A stretch of 24,000 bases of DNA from Alphaproteobacteria bacterium (GTDB taxonomy: Bacteria; Pseudomonadota; Alphaproteobacteria; Reyranellales; Reyranellaceae): assembly GCA_016870115.1 (NCBI GenBank), contig VGCH01000003.1, positions 80,364 to 104,363 on the forward strand, given 5' to 3'. Under the pieces are notes generated by a model, which was not told where the DNA came from, did not search any database, and was given only the letters and a program-made list of their open reading frames with translations. This document shows positions 1 to 9,123 of this stretch, one piece after another (position 1 is the stretch's first letter; each line of letters starts with the position of its first letter). A program made the translations under genes and the position numbers.

Positions 1-2
1 CC

Positions 3-821
3 GTGGACGTGTCGGAGACCGAGATCGACGACGCGCTGGCGCGCGTGCGCGCCGACGTCGGCAAACCCGAAACCCGCATCGCCGAGATCTTCATCCCGAT
101 CGATCGGGCCGAACAGGCAGACGAATCCAAGCGCAGCGCCGATCGCCTGGTAGAGCAACTGCGTCGCGGCGTGCCGTTCGGCGCCCTGGCCCAGCAATTT
201 TCCCAGGGTGCCACCGCCTCGGCCGGTGGGGACGTGGGCTACATCCTCCCGGGCGCGCTCGAGCCGGCGCTGGATCGGGCGGTCCAGTCCCTCCAGCCGC
301 GCCAGCATTCGGAGCCGATCCGCTCGGCGGCCGGGTGGCACATCCTCTATGTGATCGACCGTCGCCCGTTCGCGGCGGCGCGCCCCGACGATACGCGGCT
401 CAATCTCGTCCAGCTGACCCTTTCGCTGCCGCTGAACGCATCGCCCGACGAGGCCCAGCGCGCCATGGCGCAAGCCCAGCCGATCGTCGCGGGCGTGCGC
501 CAATGCGCGGATCTGCACGCCCGCGCGCGCGAACTCAAGGGCGCGACGTCCGGCGACCTGAATGGTGTGCGCGTCGGCGACCTTGCGGGCAACCGCGACA
601 TGTACGGCAGCATCCCGCGTCTCAATATCGGCCAGGCGGCGGGCCCCTTCCGTGTCGCCGAAGGCGTGCAGGTCGTGTCCTTGTGCAGCCGGGACGGCGC
701 CGACGGCCTGCCCACGCGCGACGCACTCGGCCAGCAGATCCTCGCGCAGAAGATGGAAGCGGCGGGCCGGCGTTACATGCGCAACCTGCGCCGCACCGCG
801 ACCATCGAACTGAAATCGTGA
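3..821 (+). CDS. surA: SurA-family periplasmic chaperone / PpiC-type peptidyl-prolyl isomerase, C-terminal part (5' end lies outside the window)
   Basis: The frame is open from the window edge. It has a parvulin-like segment (HSEPIRSAAGWHILYVIDRR) and a SurA-like tail. Its TGA stop overlaps the GTG start of pdxA (GTGA at 818-821). The order surA-pdxA-rsmA is the conserved one. Confidence 0.8.
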   Translation: MDVSETEIDDALARVRADVGKPETRIAEIFIPIDRAEQADESKRSADRLVEQLRRGVPFGALAQQFSQGATASAGGDVGYILPGALEPALDRAVQSLQPRQHSEPIRSAAGWHILYVIDRRPFAAARPDDTRLNLVQLTLSLPLNASPDEAQRAMAQAQPIVAGVRQCADLHARARELKGATSGDLNGVRVGDLAGNRDMYGSIPRLNIGQAAGPFRVAEGVQVVSLCSRDGADGLPTRDALGQQILAQKMEAAGRRYMRNLRRTATIELKS

Positions 822-1831
822 GCGCCCCGGCGCCGCTCGCCATCACCATGGGCGAGCCGGCGGGTATTGGCGGCGAGCTCACGCTCAAGGCGTGGCTGGG
901 CCGCCGGCCGACAGGTCGGTCCTTCTTCGCGATAGACGACCCAGACCGGCTGAAGGCTCTGTCCGGCTCGCTTGGCCTCGGGGTTCCCGTGCACCGGATC
1001 GCTACTCCCACCGAGGCCTCGTCCGTGTTCCCCACCGCACTGCCGGTCCTGCCGGAAGCGCTGGAGGGGCCGGTCGTGGCAGGTCGACCCGATGGTCGCA
1101 ACGCCGGCCCGACGCTGCGCTCGATCGAACGCGCCGCGCGCTTCTGCACCGAGGGAACCGTCGCCGGGATGGTGACCAACCCGATCCAGAAAAAGACCCT
1201 GCAGGAGGCCGGCTTCGTCCATCCCGGCCATACCGAGTACCTCGCAGTGCTCGCGGCGGCGCCCGGCGCGCCGCCGGTGGACGTCGCCATGATGCTCGCC
1301 TGCCCGGAGCTGCGCGTCGTGCCGGTGACGGTGCATCTGGGGCTCGCTGCCGCGATCACGGCCCTCTCCGTCGGCGGAATCGTCCGGACCGGCCGCGTCG
1401 CGGCGAGCGGCCTCAAGGAACTGTTCGGCATCGACCGCCCACGGCTCGCGGTCGCCGCCCTCAACCCGCACGCGGGCGAAGGCGGCACGATGGGAGACGA
1501 GGAGATTCGCGTGATCGTACCCGCGATCGCCGCGCTCACAGACGCGGGCATCGACGCGAGCGGGCCGGCACCGGCCGACACGCTATTCCACGCCGCCGCG
1601 CGGTCGCGCTACGACGCCGTCCTCTGCATGCATCACGACCAGGCGCTGATCCCGCTCAAGACCGTCGATTTCGCGGGCGGCGTGAATGTCACGCTCGGCC
1701 TGCCCTTCGTGCGGACCTCGCCGGATCATGGCACCGCGCTCGACATCGCCGGTAAAGGCACGGCCGACCCGGCCAGCCTGATCGCCGCGATCGCGATGGC
1801 CGACGACATGGCCCGCCGGCGCGGCCGGTGA
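818..1831 (+). CDS. pdxA: 4-hydroxythreonine-4-phosphate dehydrogenase
   Basis: GTG at 818 lies in the frame of ORF 335..1831. From there the product reads VSAPAPLAITMGEPAGIGGE and carries the PdxA hallmarks NPHAGEGG and SPDHGTALDIAGKG. The upstream part of the ORF is an Arg/Pro-rich overlap with surA and was discarded. Confidence 0.9.
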   Translation: MSAPAPLAITMGEPAGIGGELTLKAWLGRRPTGRSFFAIDDPDRLKALSGSLGLGVPVHRIATPTEASSVFPTALPVLPEALEGPVVAGRPDGRNAGPTLRSIERAARFCTEGTVAGMVTNPIQKKTLQEAGFVHPGHTEYLAVLAAAPGAPPVDVAMMLACPELRVVPVTVHLGLAAAITALSVGGIVRTGRVAASGLKELFGIDRPRLAVAALNPHAGEGGTMGDEEIRVIVPAIAALTDAGIDASGPAPADTLFHAAARSRYDAVLCMHHDQALIPLKTVDFAGGVNVTLGLPFVRTSPDHGTALDIAGKGTADPASLIAAIAMADDMARRRGR

Positions 1832-2667
1832 GCGCCGATCCAATCGCCGCCCTGCCCCCCTTGCGCGAGACCATCGCGCGGCACGGCCTCGATGCGCGCC
1901 GATCTCTAGGCCAGCATTTTCTCCTCGACCTCAACCTGACCCGCCGGATCGCGCGGACACCCGGCTCTCTGGCCGAGGGCACCACCATCGAAATCGGTCC
2001 CGGACCGGGAGGATTGACGCGCGCCCTTCTGCTGGAGGGCGCGGCGCGAGTCGTTGCGGTCGAGTTCGATCGCCGCGCGGTCGCTGCCATGAACGAACTC
2101 GCCGCGCTGGCCGACGGACGCTTGCAGGTCGTCGAGGCCGATGCGTTGCGTCTCGACATTGCGGCACTGGGGCCGCCGCCGCGCCGAATCGTCGCCAACC
2201 TGCCCTACAACGTGGCGACTCCGCTGCTGATCGGCTGGCTGCGGAAGGCCGACGCCATAGCCGACATGGTCCTGATGTTTCAGAAGGAAGTCGCGGATCG
2301 GATCGCGGCAACGCCGCGCACGAAAGCCTATGGCCGGTTGTCGGTGCTCTGCCAGCACGTCTGCGAGATCGGCGCGCGCTTCGATGTCCCCGCGGCCGCG
2401 TTCACGCCGCCGCCCAAGGTGGTGTCGAGCGTGGTTCGCCTCACGCCGCGCCCGGCGGACCAACGGCTGGCCGAGCTCGCACCGCTGGAAGCGGTCACAG
2501 CCGCTGCCTTCGGCCAGCGCAGAAAGATGCTGCGAAGCTCCCTGGGAGGCGCCTTCACCGACCCGCTCGCCGTCCTGCACGAACTCGGACTTCGGCCCGA
2601 GGCGCGCGCGGAGGAGCTCCCGGCGGAAGCCTGGATCGCACTCGCACGGGCGCGCGCGGCCGCGTAA
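1828..2667 (+). CDS. rsmA: 16S rRNA (adenine1518/1519-N6)-dimethyltransferase
   Basis: 279 aa. Contains GQHFLLD, the SAM-binding EIGPGPGGLT and the NLPYN motif (ANLPYNVATPLL). Its GTG start overlaps the pdxA stop (GTGA at 1828-1831). Confidence 0.92.
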   Translation: MSADPIAALPPLRETIARHGLDARRSLGQHFLLDLNLTRRIARTPGSLAEGTTIEIGPGPGGLTRALLLEGAARVVAVEFDRRAVAAMNELAALADGRLQVVEADALRLDIAALGPPPRRIVANLPYNVATPLLIGWLRKADAIADMVLMFQKEVADRIAATPRTKAYGRLSVLCQHVCEIGARFDVPAAAFTPPPKVVSSVVRLTPRPADQRLAELAPLEAVTAAAFGQRRKMLRSSLGGAFTDPLAVLHELGLRPEARAEELPAEAWIALARARAAA

Positions 2668-2677
2668 ACTTCGCACC

Positions 2678-3484
2678 ATGTTGGCGCAGGTCCGCTCGCT
2701 CGCCTTCAATGTCTTCTTCTACGGCGGGACCCTGGTCTTTGCGGTCGCCGGCATCCTCCTGTTGCCGATCCCCTCGCCGGGTCCATTGCGCGGCATCCTG
2801 CGCGGCTGGGCGCGCACAATGGTCTGGGCCATGCGCTGGATCGGCGGCATGGCAGAGGAGGTGCGCGACTTCGACCGACTGCCCGCGCGCGGCCCCGCCC
2901 TGATCGCGATGAAGCACCAGAGCGAATCCGACGGGATTTCGCTCGCCGCCCTGATCCCGGGCATCGCCTTTGTCGCGATGCAGGAACTGTTCCGTTATCC
3001 GCTGGTCGGTGCGATCCTTTATCGGCTGCAGATGATCCGCGTGGACACATGCGGCGGCGGCCGCGAGCGCGAGCGTCTCGCAACCTTCGCCGCGCGGGCC
3101 CATGCTGGCGCACGGCACATCGCGATCTACCCCGAAGGTCACCTGATGGCGATCGGAGAGCGCGAGCGCTATCGCTCGGGCATCTTCTATCTTTACCGCG
3201 ACTTCGGCCTGCCGGTGACGCCCGTGGCGACCTGCGTCGGGTTGCTGTGGAACCGCCGCGACTGGGTGAAGCGTCCAGGCCGCGCGGCGATCGAGTTCCT
3301 GCCGGCGATCCCGCCCGGCCTCGACAAGGACGCGTTCATGCAGCGTCTGGAAAGCGACATCGAAGCGGCGACCGTGCGGCTCGTTGCCGAATTCACCGGC
3401 CGGCCGGTTACGCCGTCTGTCTATGTCTCGCGGTCCGGCGAATCGAGCGGGCCGGTCGCTAGCGTCCCTCGCGCAAGGCCTTGA
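2678..3484 (+). CDS. 1-acyl-sn-glycerol-3-phosphate acyltransferase family (PlsC-like) membrane protein
   Basis: ATG at 2678 (MLAQVRSLAFNVFFYGGTLVFAVAGILLL) gives an N-terminal TM helix. It has the acyltransferase H(X)4D block (HQSESD) and the PEG block (IYPEGH). The longer ORF from 2330 overlaps rsmA and is Arg-rich nonsense. Confidence 0.8.
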   Translation: MLAQVRSLAFNVFFYGGTLVFAVAGILLLPIPSPGPLRGILRGWARTMVWAMRWIGGMAEEVRDFDRLPARGPALIAMKHQSESDGISLAALIPGIAFVAMQELFRYPLVGAILYRLQMIRVDTCGGGRERERLATFAARAHAGARHIAIYPEGHLMAIGERERYRSGIFYLYRDFGLPVTPVATCVGLLWNRRDWVKRPGRAAIEFLPAIPPGLDKDAFMQRLESDIEAATVRLVAEFTGRPVTPSVYVSRSGESSGPVASVPRARP

Positions 3485-4109
3485 CGAACTCGGACAGCCC
3501 ATAGAGCCGCTCGCGCTTCAGCCGCTCGGCGGTCAGGATTGATTTCAGTTGCGTCAGGCTTTCGCCGATGTTGCGATTGATCACCACGTAGTCGTACTCG
3601 GCCCAATGGCTCATCTCGTCGGCGGCCTTGCTCATGCGCCGGGCGACGACGTCGGCAGGATCCTGCGCGCGGGTGATCAGGCGCCGCTCCAGCTCCCGGG
3701 TCGAAGGCGGCAGGATGAAGACGCTCACCAGATCTTCGCGCGCCTTCTCGGCCAGCTGCTGCGTGCCTTGCCAGTCGATGTCGAACAGCATGTCACGGCC
3801 GGCGCTCAAGGCCTCCTCGACCGGCGGGCGCGGCGTGCCGTAGTAGTGATCGAACACCCGCGCGTACTCCAGGAACTCGCCGCGATCGATCATCCCGCGG
3901 AAGGTCGGCGTGTCGATGAAGCGGTAGTCGACATCGTCTTTCTCGCCCGGACGCCGCTCGCGCGTCGTGCAGGAAACGCTGAGAGCGATGTGCGGATCAT
4001 TCTCCAGCAGCAGCCGCGACAGCGTCGTCTTGCCGGCTCCGGAGGGCGAGGACAGCACCAGCATCAGGCCGCGACGGCGGATCGCGGCGGTTTGGCCTTC
4101 ATTCGACAT
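3459..4109 (-). CDS. gmk: guanylate kinase
   Basis: 216 aa. P-loop LSSPSGAGKTT, then SVSCTTRERRPGE, YYGTP and a typical guanylate-kinase C-terminal half. It sits next to yicC, as in many bacteria. Confidence 0.93.
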   Translation of the reverse strand: MSNEGQTAAIRRRGLMLVLSSPSGAGKTTLSRLLLENDPHIALSVSCTTRERRPGEKDDVDYRFIDTPTFRGMIDRGEFLEYARVFDHYYGTPRPPVEEALSAGRDMLFDIDWQGTQQLAEKAREDLVSVFILPPSTRELERRLITRAQDPADVVARRMSKAADEMSHWAEYDYVVINRNIGESLTQLKSILTAERLKRERLYGLSEFVKALREGR

Positions 4110-4983
4110 TCTGCACCTGCTCCCGCAGCCGTTCGACGGCGCCTTTGAGGTCGATGCCGATCCGCGTCAGCTCGATGTCCGCAGACTTCGAGCAGAGGGT
4201 ATTGGCCTCGCGGTTGAACTCCTGACAGAGGAAGTCGAGCTTGCGCCCGACCGGCGCGTCGGCGCGCGCCTCGGCCAGCAACGACCTTGCCTGGGCGACA
4301 TGGGCAGCCAGACGATCGAGCTCCTCGCGCACATCGGCCTTGCCGATCAGCAGCGCGAGCTCCTGCGCCATGCGCTCCGGCGAGAGCTGCGGCACCCGGC
4401 CGAGCAGATCGGAGAGCTGGGCCTCAAAGCGCGCCTTCAATGCAGCGCCCTGCAGGCCCGCCCGTTCGGCCGCACGCGCGCACAGCCCCTCAATCTCGTC
4501 GATCAATCCACGGATCGTGTCATCCAGCGCCCGCCCCTCGACCGCGCGGGATGCGGCAAGCCCTGTCAGGGCTTGGGCAAGGCACGCGGCAAGACGGGCG
4601 TCGAGGCGCTGAACTTCTTCCTCGGACTCCGTCGCGTGCTCCTCTTCCTCGATCACACCGCGGACCCGAAGCAATCCGTCGGCGGTCGGCGCGGCCGCGC
4701 CGGTCGCGGCCCGGATCTCGGCGACTAGAGTGCCGATCTCCGCGAGCATGGCGCGGTTGACCCGCAGCGGGGTCCCCTGCCGCTCGGCGGTCACGGTAAG
4801 GATGAGATTGACGCTGCCGCGCTTCAGATGACCGCCGACCGCAGCGCGCGCGGCGTTCTCCAGGCGCTCCAGGCCCGGCGGCACACGGCACCGAATGTCG
4901 AGATTACGGCCGTTGACGCTGCGCGCCTCCCAGACCCAGCGCCGCCTGTCATCCGAACCCTGCGCCCGGGCGTATCCGGTCAT
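4099..4983 (-). CDS. yicC: YicC/YloC-family protein
   Basis: ATG at 4983 (MTGYARAQG). The conserved C-terminal block is present (DFLCQEFNREANTLCSKS). It overlaps the gmk start by 11 nt. The 115-codon upstream extension of ORF 4099..5328 overlaps the divergent SDR gene and was rejected. Confidence 0.85.
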   Translation of the reverse strand: MTGYARAQGSDDRRRWVWEARSVNGRNLDIRCRVPPGLERLENAARAAVGGHLKRGSVNLILTVTAERQGTPLRVNRAMLAEIGTLVAEIRAATGAAAPTADGLLRVRGVIEEEEHATESEEEVQRLDARLAACLAQALTGLAASRAVEGRALDDTIRGLIDEIEGLCARAAERAGLQGAALKARFEAQLSDLLGRVPQLSPERMAQELALLIGKADVREELDRLAAHVAQARSLLAEARADAPVGRKLDFLCQEFNREANTLCSKSADIELTRIGIDLKGAVERLREQVQNVE

Positions 4984-5091
4984 GCTGGCGATCACGCGCA
5001 CGCTCCATTGGCCGCGCGGTATCGCGGCTGCGGGCGGCACTCTAGTATCGGCCCTCCGTCTCGACAACGCGGCCGGCCACGAGGTTATCCC

Positions 5092-5841
5092 ATGAAGCAG
5101 TTCCGCAGCATCGTCATTACCGGCGCCTCCAGCGGCATCGGTGAAGCCCTGGCGCTGGATTACGCGGCGCCCGGTGTCGCCCTGGCCATCACCGGTCGCG
5201 ATGCGGCCCGCCTTGAGGCGGTCGCCACCCAGCTGCGTGCCCGTGGCGCGACCGTCGAGGCCGGCCTGATCGACGCTGCGGATCGCGAGGCCGTCGCCGC
5301 ATGGCTGCACCGTGTGGACGATGCCCATCCGGTCGACCTGCTGATCGCGAACGCCGGCATCTCGATCGACCAGAACCGCTCGTCACTCGACGATTTCTCG
5401 GTCATCCGCCGCACTCTGGACGTGAATGTCGGCGGCGTCTTGAACACTGTGGAACCGCTAGTCGGGCGCATGGTGGCGCGACGCAACGGGCAGATCGCGA
5501 TCGTAAGCTCGCTCGCGAGTTTCATCGGCCTGCCCTATTCCGGCTCCTACAACGCCAGCAAGGCCGCTGTTCGTGTGTGGGGAGAGAGCATCCGCTATGC
5601 CCTGAAGCCCGACAATGTCGGCGTGACCGTGGTCTGCCCGGGGTTCGTCGTCAGCCGCATGACCGCCAAGGCGCCCTTTCCCATGCCGTTTCTCATGACC
5701 TCGGCAAAGGCGTCGGTGATCATCCGCAGCGGCCTCGCACGCAACAAGGCGCGGATCGCCTTTCCGTTTCCCACGCGGGCGGCCATCTGGCTCGGCGCTG
5801 CGTTGCCCGCGTCCTGGACCTTCCGGCTACTCGCGCGCTGA
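5092..5841 (+). CDS. short-chain dehydrogenase/reductase (SDR) family oxidoreductase
   Basis: ATG at 5092 is preceded by GAGG. It has the TGxxxGIG cofactor motif (ITGASSGIGEALA), the catalytic YxxxK (YNASK) and NAG (LIANAGI). Confidence 0.85.
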   Translation: MKQFRSIVITGASSGIGEALALDYAAPGVALAITGRDAARLEAVATQLRARGATVEAGLIDAADREAVAAWLHRVDDAHPVDLLIANAGISIDQNRSSLDDFSVIRRTLDVNVGGVLNTVEPLVGRMVARRNGQIAIVSSLASFIGLPYSGSYNASKAAVRVWGESIRYALKPDNVGVTVVCPGFVVSRMTAKAPFPMPFLMTSAKASVIIRSGLARNKARIAFPFPTRAAIWLGAALPASWTFRLLAR

Positions 5842-7056
5842 GGCCGGCGCCCCCAGATACGGCGACTCCTCGAGCGATCGCGATGGCGGGGGTTCGGTCC
5901 GGAACACCTGACGCAGATGCACCTCATCAGGGCCGTCGGCGATGCGCAGGAGCCGCGCCATCGCGTAGGTGTGGTGGATCGGCGTGTCGTCGGAACCGCC
6001 CATCGCGCCGAACAGCTGGAGTGCGCGATCCGCGACGCGCTGCGCCATCTCGGGCACGGCCACCTTGATCATCGCAACTTCGCGCCACGCGCCGGCATGG
6101 CCGGCCGTGTCGAGCGCCGAAGCGGCGCGCAAAACCAGGAGCCGCGCCTGTTCGATCTCGATGCGTGAGCGGGCGATTGCCACTTGCGTGGAGTCGTAGT
6201 CGACGAGCGCGCGATCAAACGCGCGACGCTCACTCGCCCGGGCGAGCATCAGCTCGATCAGTACCTCGCAGGCGCCGAGCGTACGCATGCAGTGATGAAG
6301 TCGGGCGGGGCCGAGGCGGACCTGGGCCGCCCGAAAGCCGCCGCCCTCCTCGCCCAGCAGGTTTTCGCGCGGCACGCGGACGGAGTCGAACACAAGCTCG
6401 GCAATTGGCGCGACGTGATCGTCCCATCCGAGGAAGCGCTGTGTGCGCACGACCCGCACACCGGGCGCATTCATGGGGACGATGACGCAGCTGTGCCGGC
6501 CGTCGCGTGGTGCGTCGGGTCGGGACACGCCGACCACGATGGCGAACGCGCAGTCGGGGTGGGCCGCACCGGTGATGTACCATTTGCGCCCGTCGACGAC
6601 CCAGCTGTCGCCGTCGGCGCGGATGCTTGCGGAGATGTTTCGCGCATCCGACGAGGCGACTGCCGGCTCGGTCATCGCGAAGCAGGAGCGCACGCGCCCG
6701 TCGAGCAGCGGGTCGAGGAACCGGCGGCGCTGATCGGCGGTCGCGGCGTGCTCCAGCATGATCATGTTGGGCACGTCAGGGGCGTGACAGTTGAACACCT
6801 CGGACGCCCACGGCAGACGGCCCATGTTCTCGGCCAGCGGCGCGAAATCGAGATTGGGCAACGCCGAGGGCAAGGCCAGGTTCCATAGCCCCGCCGCTCT
6901 CGCCTCCTCGCGTAGAGATCGAGCAAGAGCGGGTGTTCCGGGACCGGCGGCGACCGCACCGAGCCATTCCCAATGACGTGGCAGAATGCGGTTGGCGAAG
7001 AAGGCCGCGACGCGATCCCGCAACGCGGCACCGCGCGGCGATGGCGCGAGGTTCAT
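5827..7056 (-). CDS. acyl-CoA dehydrogenase family protein
   Basis: 409 aa with ACAD-like architecture (N-terminal helical, middle beta and C-terminal helical domains, e.g. CFAMTEP, WYITGA, RIADGPDEVH). Its ATG overlaps the stop of the upstream VWA gene (ATGA at 7053-7056). Confidence 0.85.
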   Translation of the reverse strand: MNLAPSPRGAALRDRVAAFFANRILPRHWEWLGAVAAGPGTPALARSLREEARAAGLWNLALPSALPNLDFAPLAENMGRLPWASEVFNCHAPDVPNMIMLEHAATADQRRRFLDPLLDGRVRSCFAMTEPAVASSDARNISASIRADGDSWVVDGRKWYITGAAHPDCAFAIVVGVSRPDAPRDGRHSCVIVPMNAPGVRVVRTQRFLGWDDHVAPIAELVFDSVRVPRENLLGEEGGGFRAAQVRLGPARLHHCMRTLGACEVLIELMLARASERRAFDRALVDYDSTQVAIARSRIEIEQARLLVLRAASALDTAGHAGAWREVAMIKVAVPEMAQRVADRALQLFGAMGGSDDTPIHHTYAMARLLRIADGPDEVHLRQVFRTEPPPSRSLEESPYLGAPASARE

Positions 7057-7781
7057 CGCTGGTCGCCCTTCACCTGGCGTGTCAGCAGCGGCACCGGTCC
7101 GCCCTTCTCACGCCCGTAGGCCTCCAGCGCACGCGCGCCACCCGCCGCGTAGGCCGCGACGGCGCCCAGCAGCCGGCGCAACTGGTCGGGGCTGGAGCGA
7201 TCGAACCGGCAATAGGCGCCGCGCGTCAGCTTGGCGATCTGCGGAAAGAGCCGCGAGGCTGTGGCGTCGGAACCCTCGTGGAACACGAACACCGGAACGC
7301 CGAGCAGGCCGAGCTTGCCGGCTTCGTGGCCCACAGCGTCGACATCCTCCTCGCACGCATCGCCGACAAACACGACAGCGTCGAGCCGCCCTTCGCGACG
7401 CTCCTGCGCGGCGTGCCGCAACAGCCGCGCGATCTGCGTGCGCCCGGCCAAGCAGCGCACGGCACCCATCAGACGCGCCAGCTTGACGCCTTCCGCGGTC
7501 CAGCGGCTCACCTTGAACTCGTCGAAGCCCCGGTAGAAGGCGAGGCGCACTTCGAGACCACCGAGCGCTGCTGTCGCGACGAACATCTCGCCCTGCAGCG
7601 AGCACGCCTGATCCCAGGTCGGTTCGCGGCTGGCCGTCGCGTCGAGCGCGAACAGCAATCGGCCCCGCCCCGCGCCCCCGCGCGTCGCCGGAAGCCGGCT
7701 GACCTCCCGGACGAAGGCGTCGATGGCGTTGCCGCCGGATGCACCGCCAGGGGCCGACGGTAGTTTGCGATCACCCGACAT
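7053..7781 (-). CDS. stand-alone cytoplasmic von Willebrand factor A (VWA) domain protein
   Basis: ATG at 7781 (MSGDRKLP). It has a MIDAS-like DxTxS motif (LLFALDATASREP) followed by an alternating beta/alpha pattern (VVFVGDACEED, VPVFVFHEG). There is no signal peptide. The longer ORF to 8195 overlaps the divergent SGNH gene and was rejected. Confidence 0.65.
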   Translation of the reverse strand: MSGDRKLPSAPGGASGGNAIDAFVREVSRLPATRGGAGRGRLLFALDATASREPTWDQACSLQGEMFVATAALGGLEVRLAFYRGFDEFKVSRWTAEGVKLARLMGAVRCLAGRTQIARLLRHAAQERREGRLDAVVFVGDACEEDVDAVGHEAGKLGLLGVPVFVFHEGSDATASRLFPQIAKLTRGAYCRFDRSSPDQLRRLLGAVAAYAAGGARALEAYGREKGGPVPLLTRQVKGDQR

Positions 7782-7838
7782 CTTGACTCCTCGCCCCCCT
7801 CTGTAGAGAACCGGCGCCGCACCGTCATCTGCCGCCGA

Positions 7839-9116
7839 ATGGCCCCCCGCAAGCCTCGCCGCCGCATCCTTTGGGCGACATTCGCCATTCTGCTCCTCGG
7901 CGCGACCGCGGTGGGGACGGAACTGGTCGCGCGCCTGTTCACGCCGCCCTGGCCCGCTTATGCACTGCGACCCGCGCCTGTTTCCCTGGACTCCGTTGCG
8001 CGCTGGCACTCGGGCATGCCGGAGATCCCCTATGTCATCAACAGCTGGACGATGCGTGATCGCGAGCGGTCGTTCAATCGGCCCGCAGACGTGGGTTTTC
8101 GCACGGCGTTCATCGGAGACAGCTTTCTCGAAGGGGGATTCACCCGGGCGCCCCTGACGGCACGGGTCGAAGGGTATCTGGTCGAAGCCGGCCACGGCGA
8201 TGTCGAGGCGATAAATCTCGGCGTCTCGGGAACGGGGCCGGTCGAATACTATTATCGCACCCGCGAAGTTGCCCTGCGGCTAGAACCCGACCTGGTGGTC
8301 CTCGTATTCTATTCGGGCAACGACGTGGTCGGGCAGCGCTTTCCTCCGCCTGCGAGCCGACCGTGGGTCGCGGAGCTGCCGCAGCCCTCGGTCCTGGGCG
8401 ATATCGCGCCGCACGCGACGTGGCACATCGTGAATGCGCTGCGCCTGTCGGGAGCCGCACGCGGTGGACGATACGCTCCCAATGAACGCGAACTGATCGC
8501 GGATGCGCTCTCGAAGCCGGCCGCCGAGGGGCTGCCGCTGATCGGCAAGATGATGCATCGCTACTACTTTCCGGAGGTCGACGAGGCGAAGATACACGCG
8601 ATCCTCGCGCGCGGAGGCGAGCGCTTCTGGTCGGCGTTCCGCCCGCGACGCTTCGATCGCGAAGTGCTGCAGGGCTGGATCCTCTTCGGCCTGTTGTCTT
8701 GGGAACTCGACGAGGCCCGCCGCGCGCTCACACCTGAGGAGGCGGACGCGCAAGTCTCGCGGGCCAACATCGACGTGACGCTGACCTGGCTCAAGGGCAT
8801 CGATGCGCTGGTGCGCGGCCGCGGCAAGCGCCTGCTGATTGCTGTGGCGCCGGTCGGAACCGTCGATCCCGAGTTCGAGGGGCTTTGGAGTCCGTGGGGT
8901 CGTTACTACGCCTTCACGCAAGCGCGCGGCGCCGACCACCGCGCGATGGTCGCGGCGCTCGGACAGAGCGGCCTGCGCTTCGTCGATCTCGAACCCGATC
9001 TTCGAGGCAAGCCCGGGACCTATCGGAAGACCGACATGCACTGGACGGAGGTCGGCCACGAGGTCGTCGCCGAGCGGCTGGCGCGCGAAATCGCGGCGTT
9101 GCGGCCCGCAAAGTGA
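7839..9116 (+). CDS. membrane-anchored SGNH/GDSL-type hydrolase or acyltransferase
   Basis: N-terminal TM anchor (ILWATFAILLLGATAVG). All four SGNH blocks are present in order: GDS (AFIGDSFLEG), G (GVSGTG), GxND (YSGNDV) and DxxH (DMHWTEVGH). Confidence 0.6.
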   Translation: MAPRKPRRRILWATFAILLLGATAVGTELVARLFTPPWPAYALRPAPVSLDSVARWHSGMPEIPYVINSWTMRDRERSFNRPADVGFRTAFIGDSFLEGGFTRAPLTARVEGYLVEAGHGDVEAINLGVSGTGPVEYYYRTREVALRLEPDLVVLVFYSGNDVVGQRFPPPASRPWVAELPQPSVLGDIAPHATWHIVNALRLSGAARGGRYAPNERELIADALSKPAAEGLPLIGKMMHRYYFPEVDEAKIHAILARGGERFWSAFRPRRFDREVLQGWILFGLLSWELDEARRALTPEEADAQVSRANIDVTLTWLKGIDALVRGRGKRLLIAVAPVGTVDPEFEGLWSPWGRYYAFTQARGADHRAMVAALGQSGLRFVDLEPDLRGKPGTYRKTDMHWTEVGHEVVAERLAREIAALRPAK

Positions 9117-9123
9117 CCGCGCC

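Noticed and set aside
335-817. Long N-terminal extensions offered by the ORF track: pdxA from 335, the PlsC-like gene from 2330, yicC to 5328, the SDR from 4828, the VWA gene to 8195 and the MFS gene from 8839.
   Set aside because: The extended parts overlap neighbouring well-supported genes and are low-complexity Arg/Pro-rich. Conserved family N-termini begin at internal starts with better context: 818, 2678, 4983, 5092, 7781 and 9124.
7783-7809. Possible sigma70 promoter TTGACT-N15-TAGAGA for the SGNH gene.
   Set aside because: The -35 is good, but the spacer is only 15 nt and the -10 is weak, which is too little to call as a feature.
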